Part shown: positions 22,047-34,000 of the stretch, one piece after another
Numbering within the stretch: the first letter of the stretch is position 1
Layout of the letters: every line of letters starts with the position of its first letter
NCBI RefSeq assembly: GCF_011386835.1
Contig: NC_088807.1
Coordinates: forward strand, 24,862,001-24,926,000
Source of the DNA: Chrysemys picta bellii
Lineage: Eukaryota
DNA length: 64,000 nucleotides
Reading direction: 5' to 3'
Position numbers and translations under genes: made by a program
The notes under the pieces: model-generated
What the model was told of the DNA's origin: nothing
Databases searched by the model: none
The model's input: only the letters and a program-made list of their open reading frames with translations

Positions 22047-25000
22047 GGCGCCCCCCGCTGGAGGGGATGGGTCCTGCGCCGCGTGGGTCCCTGATCCAGG
22101 GCCCTCTCACCTCCTTGAGGTTCTCGTACTTGGCGGTGGCCAGGGCGGAGCGGAACATCTCGGCCACGGCGTGGAACAGGAACTCGTACTGCTCCTGCCA
22201 GACAGAGGGGACACGGCCGTGTTAGGGGAGTGGGGGCTCCCAGCGGCCCCAGCCCCACCTCTCCCAGCAGGGGGCGCGGTGTGGGCGTCCGGCAAGGGGA
22301 GAACCAGGGGGCTCACCAGCGTCTGGACGGCCGACGGTCTCTGCTTTCTCATCGCTAGGACGATGTCGAAAATGCTGAAATTCGGGGGGATGCTCTGAAA
22401 AACAGGAGAAGGCTCGCGAGTCCGGCAGGGGGCAGCCGCGGGTCGGACGCACGCCTACACACATGGACACGCGCGGTACCTGTTGGAGGAGGAGGTGTCT
22501 CACGTGCTCCAGGATGCAGATCACGCCAGTCCGGCCACAGCCAGCGCTGCCGGGGGGGGAGGAAGCAGGAAGGAAATGGGTGAAGAAGAATCCGCTACCA
22601 CCGCCTCAAATCAAATCCCTCTCGGGGGCAAAGGGGCCCTTCACCCCACACACTGCCTGTGGGCGTTCACTCTGAAACCTAACAACTACAGTTTCAACCT
22701 TCACGCATCTCTGGTGGGTGTTAACTCTGAGCCCTAATGAATGGAGCGATGATGCGGAACCTCTGGGGTACGTTCACTCTGAACCCTAATGGCTACGGCT
22801 ACAACCTTCGTGCATCGCCAGTGCACGTTCACTCTGAAACCTAATGACCATCTGTGGTAGGCGTTTACTCTGAACTCTGACGGACGGTTAAATGGGGCAT
22901 CCTGGGTGTCGACAGTGGGATGTTTACCCCAAACCGTAAGGCCTGGGTGAACAACGGGGTGTCATCACACTGGGTATTTGCCCTGGACTTTAATGATGGG
23001 TTTCAGCAGACATCATCCACCCAGATGGCTGGATTGTTCACTCTGAAGCCTAATGACTGGCGTTTCACTAAGGTCATGGTTTGTCTCAGCATGGCTATTA
23101 GCGGTGAACCCCAATAATTATGTTTTTAAAAGGGGCTATAGCTCATCTCAACAAGGCCGTTAACTCTGAAGCCTAATGATTGTCTTTCAAATGGGGACAT
23201 AGGTCATTTCAGTATGACCATGACTTCTGAAATATAACAACTGGGATTGAAATAGGGACACCTTGACATGGCCGTTCACGCTGGATCCTAAAACTTGAGG
23301 TTTAAATGCGGGTGTGGCGTGTCGAACCGCGACTGTTAACTCGGAACCCTAATGTTTGGTGTTAAATGGGGACTTGATTTGTTTTGACATCGGTGTTAAC
23401 TCTGGATGCTAATGATCGTTGTTTGAGTGGGACTCTGCCCATCTCTGTGCGTTTACTCTGAACCCTACCGCTGGCCATTCAACGACTGCTCTGCGCCACT
23501 TCTGAGGTTGCAGAAAAGGGGCGGAGCTCACGGCAGGGGGAGGCAGTCAGAGGATGGGGTTTGGATTGTGGGAGGGGTTTATTTGAGGGCGTGGCTTAAT
23601 TTTTTCTAGCAGACCCCTGGGTATGAAGACTGCGTTCTCTCTCCATCCCGGGTGAGGGGCTAATGAGGCCCCACTGGGCCCTCCCTCCACTCATCCGCTG
23701 CTGAGCTCTCCACCCCCCCCACAGCACAGCACAGTGCCCCCTACCTGCAGTGCACGCAGATGGGGGCTGAGTCGTCCCCCTGTTTCAATCGCACGTGGTC
23801 GATCATCTCCAGGAAATGGCTGTAATTGTCGGGGATCCCGCGGTCCGGCCAGGCCACGTACTGGAAATGGGTGAGGGGCCGCTCCTCCTGGGGAGGGAAC
23901 GGCTGGCATCAGCCCTGTTCCCCATGGCACGGCACCCCCAGCACCTGGTCCTGCCGGGGGAGAGCACCCCCTGCCCAGCTCCCGGCCCTGCTCCCCACAG
24001 CACAGCACCCCCCCAGTGCCCACCTCTGCCGGGGGAGAGCGCCCCCTGCCCAGCCCCCGGCCCTGCTCCCCACAGCACAGCGCCCCCCAGAGCCCACCTC
24101 TGCCAGGGGAGAGTGCCCCCTGCCCAGCCCCCGGCCCTGCTCCCCACAGCACAGCACCCCCCAGTGCCAGCCCTGCCGGGGGAGAGTGCCCCCTGCCCAG
24201 CTCCCCGCCCTGCTCCCCACAGCACAGCATCCCCCAGTGCCAGCCCTGCCGGGGGAGAGCGCCCCCTGCCCAGCCCCCGGCCCTGCTCCCCACAGCACAG
24301 CACCCCCCAGTGCCAGCCCTGCCGGGGGAGAGCGCTCCCTGCCCAGCTCCCCGCCCTGCTCCCCACGGCACAGCACCCCCCAGTGCCCACCTCTGCCAGG
24401 GGAGAGCGCCCCCTGCCCAGCCCCCCGCCCTGCTCCCCACAGCACAGCACCCCCCAGTGCCAGCCCTGCCGGGGGAGAGCGCCCCCTGCCCAGCCCCTGG
24501 CCCTGCTCCCCACAGCACAGCACCCCCCAGTGCCCGCCCTGCCAGGGGAGAACGCCCCCTGCCCAGCCCCTGGCCCTGCTCCCCACAGCACAGCGTCTCC
24601 CAGTGCCCACCTCTGCCGGGGGAGAGCGCCCCCTGCCCAGCCCCCCACCCTGCTCCCCACAGCACAGCACCCCCCAGTGCCAGCCCTGCCGGGGGAGAGC
24701 GCCCCCTGCCCAGCCCCCGGCCCTGCTCCCCACAGCACAGCACCCCCCAGTGCCAGCCCTACCGGGGGAGAGCGCCCCCTGCCCAGCCCCTGGCCCTGCT
24801 CCCCACAGCACAGCACCCCCCAGTGCCCACCTCTGCCAGGGGAGAGCGCCCCCTGCCCAGCTCCCGGCCCTGCTCCCCACAGCACAGCACCCCCCAGTGC
24901 CCACCTCTGCCGGGGGAGAGCGCCCCCTGCCCAGCCCCTGGCCCTGCTCCCCACAGCACAGCACCCCCCAGTGCCAGCCCTGCCGGGGGAGAGCACCCCC

Positions 25001-28000
25001 TGCCCAGCCCCTGGCCCTGCTCCCCACAGCACAGCACCCCCCAGTGCCCGCCCTGCCGGGGGAGAACGCCCCCTGCCCAGCCCCCCACCCCGCCGCATGG
25101 TGCCCCCGCAGCTCACTGACGTTCTGGAAGCCGACGCTCAGCGTGCGGATGATCACGTCCGGATTCAGCTCCTGCTCCTGGATCTGAGAGACAGAGACAA
25201 GCTGCTGCAGACAGAGGCTTCGGGGGTGCCGACATTGCAGGGTTATGAAGCGCCTTTAGTGTCTCCAAGAGAGGCACCGCTGCAGCCACCTCTGGGTGAG
25301 GTGAGGAACAGCTGAGGAATAGCTGCATATAACGCTGCACAGGGACGGATCAGCTGGAGCGGAGATGCAACCACCTCTGGGGCAGGATGGAGTTGCCCAG
25401 CAGCAGTTTGGGACAGGAAGTGAAGGGGAGCTGTGTCTCTCTCCTGGCGAGTCCCCCAGGCTGCCCCTGTAACCCCTCCCTGGTACCTGGACGATGGAGA
25501 AGGGCCCGATCTGCAGTGGTTCTTGCTTCAGCGGCCAGTAGCGTTCACACTTTTTCTAAGGAGGGAAAGTCAGTTCACGGAGAGTCCATGGGGGTCGCCC
25601 CCCAGACTCCCCCCACAGCCAGGGGATGGGGGTGGGCACGGATGGGCCCCCACACTCACCTTCCCCATCTCCACCTCCCGACAGGCCATGGCAATTACCT
25701 GGAAGGAAGGAAGGGAACGAAACAGTTAGGAAAAGAATGAGAGAAGGAGCATGTACCTGGCCGGGCTGGAATAGAGAACCCAGGCGTCCTGGTTCCCAGC
25801 ACCCACCCCCCAACCCAATAGACCCCACTCCCCTCCCAGAGCTGGGGAGAGAACCCAGGAGTCCTGGCTCCCAGCCACCCCTGCTCTAACCCACCAGACC
25901 CCACTCCCCTCCCCACTCCCCTCCTAGAGCCAGGGAGAGAACCCAGGAGTCCTGGCTCCCCTTGACAACCCCCCCCCCCCCACACACACCCTGTTCTTTG
26001 CAAACAGCTCTCACATGAGCCCTGACAGACTCACTCCACCCAGCCCACGTCCTGCAGGGTAGTTACCCCCAAAGGGTAACATGGGGGGGGGGCGTTTCAA
26101 AAAGCCCAGAACTCCTCAAAATTCATCCCCACGGCAAGCAGGAGGAACGGATTTAGCTGGGAGCCCGGCTCTCTGGCCTGGGGGTAGCCGTTCATCCCCA
26201 GAAGACACCGGATCTTGGTCCGTTTGAATCGGCAGCAGGACCCAGGGGAGTTAAATTTCTGACCTTTTCCCGGCCTGTTCTGCTCCCAGGCTGCAGTTAT
26301 GCAAAGGGGTATCCGGGAGTGGGACGGCTCGTCCGGCGCTGAGATGCAGCCACCTCTGGGGTGGGGCGGCTGGGGAACAGCCGCACATAACACCACACAG
26401 GGATGGCTCACCTGGCACTGAGATGCAGCCACCTCTGGGACAGTGCCGCTGGGGACCAGCCGTGCAGCGCTAGCAGAATGGGATTGTTTTCATTTTGTAA
26501 GCTCAAAAGCTCGTCTCTCTCCCCAGCAGAAGTTGGGCCAATAAAAGCTCGTCTCGCTCGTGCCAGGGAAGGAAATTTATCAACGAGCCAGAGCCGGGAG
26601 ATGCTCGGATAGTCTTGGGCGACACATCGGCGAGGAAGAGGGACAGTTTCTGTGACTGTCCTGGGAGAAGGAGAGGGAAGATAACGTTGTAGGAGCGTGT
26701 GATGATCGAGCTTCAGCTCCGTGCCTGGCGTTCAGGCCCCGGCTCATGAAAGGGCGGCGCGGAATTCTGCCGTGAAAAGCCTCGCACGTCCGCCTCAACA
26801 CGGTCTCGACGCCTCGGATGGAACAAAAAGATGAGGCCATCCGGATTCCACACCCAGGAGGCCTACGCATAGCGCCAAGCTTCCTAAAAGTGAGAGTGGC
26901 ATTTTAGGGAGAGGAACGAGCGCGGGCAGTTACTGGTGAAAGTGATGCATAAAGCCACTCGTCACATGAGGCCGCCCCGCAGGCCACGTGGCAAGCGTTA
27001 TCCCCGCAGCTTCTGAGCCGTGCCAAGCGCCGCAAAGCGAAGCCCTTGGATTTTGCAAAAGCCGCGGGAGATTACGGCAAACCTAGCGTCTGTCCTGTCG
27101 CCAGCAAGTTTCCGGGAGCAGATGGCATCCACGCGGGCAGCTGTCCCGGTCCTGGCACGGGTCCTACACTTCGCCAGCGCTCAACGGGATGGAATTTGGG
27201 GCCTAGAGACCATCAGAAGAACACGTCCTGGTCTTTCACCGATGTGACCATGCAAATTCTGCCCAGTGGGGATCTCTGCACTTAGCAGAAAGGAACCAGC
27301 TCCGACTTGAAGGATTCGATCAGGTCGAGCCCTGCAAATCCACAAATATCCACATCTGCGGATGTGGATATCTGCACAAATTGTATATCCGGGCAGGGCT
27401 GTACGGCTCCGGAGCGCTCCCAAGCGTGGCGAGGAAAGCAAAGGAATTGTAGGTCTGCCAGGAACTGGCAGCGCTCAGCAGACAGGCTCTCTCCTGTAAT
27501 CTACGTGCCCAAACCAGAAAATCGTTCAGCCTTGGGCTTGGTCCCCAAACGGCTTGCAACCACGGAGCCCCTGCAGCCTTGGGCTTGGTCCCCAAACGGC
27601 TTGCAACCACGGAGCCCCACCGGCGGGAAAGCAGCGCCGCCCCGTGGCTGAAAACGAAGCGGTTCGCGACACTTCCGAGTATTCGCGACATAGGATTTGG
27701 CTGCGCCGACCCGTCCGTTCAGGAAATGCTGCTGAATGCAGAAAGATTTGGCCAGGAGCCACTGAATATCTTTGTGCGGGGAACGGCTGGTGACGGCGCC
27801 CGCACCAAATTCTGCGACCCACCGGAAAAGACGAAGGGCAGGACCCTAGGACATTAGATCGGTCCAGCTCCGTCGCCAGGTTCTGCACAAGGAACGACGC
27901 GACAGACGCGCTCTGAAGCCAATCGGGAAAATCATCGGGGACAGACCTGTTCCACTCCTTGGCCCATCCTGGAAATACACCTAATCCTGTGTGCTGCTTC

Positions 28001-31000
28001 TCCGCCCAACGCCAAGCCCACGCTCCGTGACACGCAGACCCGGGGCCTCGAAGAAGCCAGCTGCGGACACACGTGAGATGCGAGCGGACCCCGCAGAAGT
28101 AGGCTGAGAAGCTGCGATACGGTTTCCTGTATTGGTGGGCACAGCAAGAAATCCGCTTGGAGAACGTCCCCGGAGAAACGTGAGTGGCTAATGAAACTTG
28201 CAGAAGGACGATCTACGGAGGGAAACCGGCCTCTCCATAGGAAAGGTCGCCGGCACCGATCCCACGCTCCCCGCAGGCTGGACCACACGCAACGGAGAAC
28301 CGGCACCCACGCGAGTGTCCCTGGAGCCGATCCCCGGCGGTGGTGTGGAAATTGCAAACTGTGGATCCGTCCAGAGGGGCAAATCACAACGCCGGAGGTG
28401 TGGAAAGGGCACGTTGGCACACACCACAGCCTGAAACTGCAAGGGGTACCCTGGCACATGTAGGAACTGTTAAATTACGCCTGTCTGAACCACGTGCGGG
28501 GATGTATCGTGTTTGTAGGGGAATAAACGGTACAATTACGCCTGTCTACATAAGAACATAAGAACGGCCGTACCGGGTCAGACCAAAGGTCCATCTAGCC
28601 CAGTATCCCGTCTACCGACAGTGGCCAATGCCAGGTGCCCCAGAGGGAGTGAACCTAACAGGCAATGATCAAGTGATCTCTCTCCTGCCGTCCATCTCCA
28701 TCCTCTAACAGACAGAGGCTAGGGACACCATTCCTTACCCGTCCTGGCTAATAGCCATTAATGGACTTAACCACCATGAATTTATCCAGTTCTCTTTTAA
28801 ACCCTGTTATAGTCCTAGCCTTCACAACCTCCTCAGGCAAGGAGTTCCACAGGTTAACTGGGCGCTGTGTGAAGAAGAATGTCCTTGTATTTGTTTTAAA
28901 CCTGCTGCCTATTAATTTCATTTGGTGACCCCTAGTTCTTGTATTATGGGAATAGGTAAATAACTTTTCCTTATCCACTTTCTCCACATCACTCATGATT
29001 TTATAGACCTCTAACATATCTCCCCCTAGTCTCCTCTTTTCCAAACTGAAGAGTCCTAGCCTCTTTAATCTCTCCTCATATGGGACCCTCTCCAAACCCC
29101 TAACCATTTTAGTTGACCTTTTCTGAACCTTTTCCCGTGCCAGTATATCTTTTTTTAGATGAGGAGACCACATCTGTACGCAGTATTCGAGATGTGGGCG
29201 TACCATCGATTTATATAAGGGCAATAAGATATTCTCCGTCTTATTCTCTATCCCCTTTTTAATGATTCCTAACATCCTGCTTGGTTTTTTGACCGCCTCT
29301 GCACACTGCGTGGACATCTTCAGAGAACGATCCACAATGACTCCAAGATCTTTTTCCTGACTTGTTGTAGCTAAATTAGCCCCCATCATATTGTATGTAG
29401 AGTTGGGGTTATTTTTACATTTATTACTTTACATTTATTCACATTAAATTTGCCATTTTGTTGCCCAATCACTTAGTTTTGTGAGATCTTTTTGAAGTTC
29501 TTCACAGTCTGCTTTGGTCTTAACTATCTTGAGCAGTTAATCATCTGCAAACTTTGCCACCTCACTGTTTACCCCTTTCTCCAGATCATTTATAAATAAG
29601 TTTAATAGGATCAGTCCGAGCACTGACCCTTGGGGAACACCACTAGTTACTCCTCTCCATTCTGAGAATTTACCATTAATTCCTACCCTTTGTTTCCTGT
29701 CTTTTAACCAGTTCTCAATCCATGAAAGGACCTTCCCTTTTATCCCTTGACAACTTAATTTACGTAAGAGCCTTTGGTGAGGGACCTTGTCAAAGGCTTT
29801 CTGGAAATCTAAGTACACTATGTCCACTGGATCCCCTTGTCCACATGTTTGTTGACCCCTTCAAAGAATTCTAATAGATTAGTAAGACACGATTTCCCTT
29901 TACAGAAACCATGTTGACTATTGCTCAACAGTTTATGAGTTTCTATGTGTCGGACAATTTTATTCTTAACTATTGTTTCGACTGATTTGCCCAGTACAGA
30001 CGTTAGACTTACCGGTCTGTAATTGCCGGGATCACCTCTAAAGCCCTTTTTAAATATCGGCGTTACATTAGCTAACTTCCAGTCATTGGATACAGAAGCC
30101 GATTTAAAGGACAGGTTACAAACCCTAGATAATAGTTCCGCAATTTCACATTTGAGTTTTTTCAGAACTCTTGGGTGAATGCCATCTGGTCCCAGTGACT
30201 TGTTAATGTTACGTTTATCAATTAATTCCAAAACCTCCTCTCGTGACACTTCAATCCGTGACAGTTCCTCAGATTTGTCACCTACAAAAGCCGGCTCAGG
30301 TTTGGGAATCTCCCTCACATCCTCAGCCGCGAAGACTGAAGCAAAGAATCCATTTAGTTTCTCCGCAATGACTAATCTTTAAGCGCTCCTTTTGTATCTC
30401 GATCATCCAGGGGCCCCACTGGTTGTTTAGCAGCTTCCTGCTTCTGATGTACTTAAAAAACCTTTTGTTATTATCTTTGGAGTTTTTGGCTCGCCGTTCT
30501 TCAAACGCCTCTTTGGCTTTTCTTATTACATTCTTGCACTTAATTTGGCAGCGTTTATGCTCCTTTCTATTTGCCTCACTAGGATTTGACGTCCACTTTT
30601 TAAAGGAAGTCTTTTTATCTCCCACTGCTTCTTTTACATGGTGGTTAAGCCACGGTGGCTCTTTTTTAGTTCTTTTACTGTGTTTCTTAATTTGGGGTCT
30701 ACATTGAAGTTGGGCCTCTATTATGGTGTCCTTAAAAAGCGCCCATGCAGCTCGCAGGGATTTCACTTTAGTCACTGTACCTTTTAACTTCTGTTTAACT
30801 AACCCCCTCAGTTTTGCATAGTTCCCCCTTTTGAAATTCAATGCCGCAGTGTTGGGCTGTTGAGATGTTCTTCCCACCACAGGGATGTTAAGTGTTATTA
30901 TATTATGGTCACTATTTCCAAGCGGTCCTGTTAGAGTTACCTCTTGGACCAGCTCCTGCGCTCCACTCAGGACTAAATCTAGAGTTGCCTCTCCCCTTGT

Positions 31001-34000
31001 GGGTTCCCGTACCAGCTGCTCCAAGACGCAGTCAGTTAAAGTATCGAGAAATTTTATCTCTGTATTTCGTCCTGAAGTGAAATGTTCCCAGTCAATATGG
31101 GGATAATTGAAATCCCCCACTATCATTGAGTTCTTAATTTTGATAGCCTCTCTAATTCCCTTAGCATTTCATCGTGACTATCACCATCCTGGTCAGGTGG
31201 TCCATAATAGATCCCTAATGTTATATTCTTATTAGAGAATGAAGCACGTGCGGGATGTATCGTGTTTGTAGGGGGATAAACGGTACAATTACGCCTGTCT
31301 ATACAATGTGGGGGATGTACCGTGTTTGTAGTGGAATAAACGGTACAATACACCTGTCTGAACCACGTGCGGGGATGTATCGTGTTTGTAGGGGATTAAA
31401 CGGTACAATTACGCCTGTCGGAACCACGTGCAGGATGTATTGTGTTGGTAGGGGATTAAACGGTACAATTACGCCTGTCTTATTACTTATGTCTTATTTG
31501 ATAGAAAAGCTGCCCCAGCCGGTGAAGGAGAGAAGATTTCGTGCTCCGCAGGGCCGGGAAAGGTACGCAGGGAGTCAGCCAAGCTGGGACCAATCGTTTA
31601 GCAGGAGCAGTTCACAGATAGCGTAAGAGAATTTGAAGTGGGAGAAATCCTCTTTCTGGGTCCGTTTGCAGAGGAAATCCCATCAGGAGCGAGGGGTGTT
31701 TGGGGCACACATTGAATCTTTGGGGGTACAGGATCTAGGACGGGGCTGGCCCAGCCCAGAGGAGTGTGCGTGGGTGGCTGAAAGGCCAGGGGTGTCAGGG
31801 CGCTGGCGCCCAGCTACGGGGGTGAGCGGGCAACTGCCAGACCTGGGACCCCGAGAAGCGTTACACCCACCTTCACCCCGTATTCCCAAATCATGCGCCA
31901 GAAATCCAGGACGGTGTGAGGCAGCGGCCCCTGGGTCGCGATGTAGCATCTCTTGTTATTTACCCCCTGGCAGGAGACGAAGGGGGGAAATAAGTCACCC
32001 ACCACCTGCAGGGCAGCACCACCCACTGAACCCCACCCACCCCTGCAGCACAGCATCCCCTGCGGAGCCCCCGCCCACCCCCTGCAGCCCTGTGCCCCCC
32101 GATGAACCCCCATCCCACCCCCTGCATCCCAACGCCCCCCGCTGAGCCCCCCATCCGTCCCCTGCATCCCAACGCCCCCCGCTGCACCCCCCATCCCACC
32201 CCTGCAGCCCAACGCCCCCCGCTGAACCCCCATCCCATCCCCTGCATCCCAACGCCCCCCGCTGAGCCCCCCATCCATCCCCTGCATCCCAACGCCCCCC
32301 GCTGCACCCCCCATCCCACCCCTGCAGCCCAACGCCCCCCGCTGAACCCCCATCCCACCCCCTGCATCCCAACGCCCCCCGCTGAACCCCCCATCCCACC
32401 CCCTGCATCCCAACGCCCCCCGCTGAACCCCCCATCCCACCCCCTGCAGCCCAACGCCCCCCGCTGAACCCCCCATCCATCCCCTGCATCCCAACGCCCC
32501 CCGCTGCACCCCCCATCCCACCCCTGCAGCCCAACGCCCCCCGCTGAGCCCCCGCCCACCCCCTGCATCCCAACGCCCCCCGCTGAACCCCCCATCCCAC
32601 CCCCTGCAGCCCAACGCCCCCCGCTGAGCCCCCCATCCGTCCCCTGCATCCCAACGCCCCCCGCTGAGTCCCCCATCTCACCCCCTGCATCCCAACGCCC
32701 CCCGCTGAGCCCCCCATCCGTCCCCTGCAGCCTGGTGTCCCCCGCTGAGCCCCCCATCCCGCCCCCTGCAGCCCAACGCCCCCCGCTGAACCCACCATCC
32801 CGCCCCTTGCAGCCCAACGCCCCCCGCTGAACCCACCATCCCGCCCCCTGCAGCCCAACGCCCCCCGCTGAGCCCCCCATCCGTCCCCTGCAGCCCAACG
32901 CCCCCCGCTGAACCCACCATCCCGCCCCCTGCAGCCCAACGCCCCCCGCTGAGCCCCCCATCCGTCCCCTGCATCCCAACGCCCCCCGCTGAGTCCCCCA
33001 TCCCGCCCCCTGCAGCCCAACGCCCCCCGCTGAGCCCCCCATCCGTCCCCTGCATCCCAACGCCCCCCGCTGAGCCCCCCATCTCGCCCCCTGCATCCCA
33101 ACGCCCCCCGCTGAGCCCCCCATCTCACCCCCTGCATCCCAACGCCCCCCGCTGAGTCCCCCATCTCACCCCCTGCATCCCAACGCCCCCCGCTGAGCCC
33201 CCCATCTCACCCCCTGCATCCCAACGCCCCCCGCTGAGCCCCCCATCCGCCCCCTGCATCCCAACGCCCCCCGCTGAGCCCCCCATCCCACCCCCTGCAG
33301 CCCTGCATCCCCCGCTGAGCCCCCCATCCGCCCCCTGCATCCCAACGCCCCCCGCCGAGCCCCCCATCCCACCCCCTGCAGCCCTGCATCCCCCGCTGAG
33401 CCCCCCATCCGCCCCCTGCATCCCAACGCCCCCCACTGAGCCCCCATCCGCCCCCTGCATCCCAACGCCCCCCGCTGAGCCCCCCATCTGCCCCTGCATC
33501 CCAACGCCCCCCGCTGAGCCCCCCATCCGCCCCCTGCAGCCCAACGCCCCCCGCTGAGCCCCCATCCCACCCCCTGTAGCCCAGCGCCCCCCGCCCCACC
33601 CCCTGCAGCCCTGCATCCCCCGCTGAGCCCCCCATCCGCCCCCTGCATCCCAACGCCCCCCGCTGAGCCCCCATCCGCCCCCTGCATCCCAACGCCCCCC
33701 GCTGAGCCCCCCAGCACTGGATTGGCAGGGCCAGTGCTGGTGCGAGGGGAGAGCGCCCCCTGCTGCGGAGGGAGGGGGTTACCTGGATGAAACTGGCATT
33801 GATATAGTCCGTCTGCCCTTCGTCCGTGCAGAGATTCAGAACGACCCGGGTCTGATCATCTGCCGGGGAGAGAGGGAGGGATTGACAAATTCAGACTGGG
33901 AATAAGGCACCAATTGTGACCGATGAGAGGAATTACCCACGGGGCCAGTTCCCCAAGGGGCGCAGCGGAGTCTCCGTCTCTGGCTGTTTGTAAATCAAGC

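Noticed and set aside
20879-22258. 448 aa Cys-rich ORF (CVCVCV) and His/Thr-rich antisense ORFs suggesting keratin-associated, metallothionein or epidermal differentiation proteins
   Set aside because: They derive from (GT)n microsatellites within an intronic minisatellite of PTPN18.
22665-23470. Bona fide CRISPR array
   Set aside because: The context is a eukaryotic intron with no cas genes, the repeats are degenerate, and the spacers show residual similarity to one another. It is kept only as an unexplained array.
22730-23470. Interstitial telomeric sequence (CCCTAA)
   Set aside because: Only isolated single hexamers occur inside the array core, with no tandem TTAGGG run.
23691-25315. Multiple 350-506 aa ORFs on both strands
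   Set aside because: A 60 bp stop-poor repeat unit keeps most frames open. Only the short PTPN18 exons at its edges are coding.
26495-26555. Short match to a common reptile repeat (AGAAGTTGGGCCAATAAAAG), possibly Penelope-related
   Set aside because: It is too short and degenerate to classify without a database.
31814-33717. Gly-rich 266-389 aa ORFs resembling loricrin or corneous beta-proteins
   Set aside because: They are translations of the ~40 bp minisatellite, with no plausible promoter, splice or poly(A) context.
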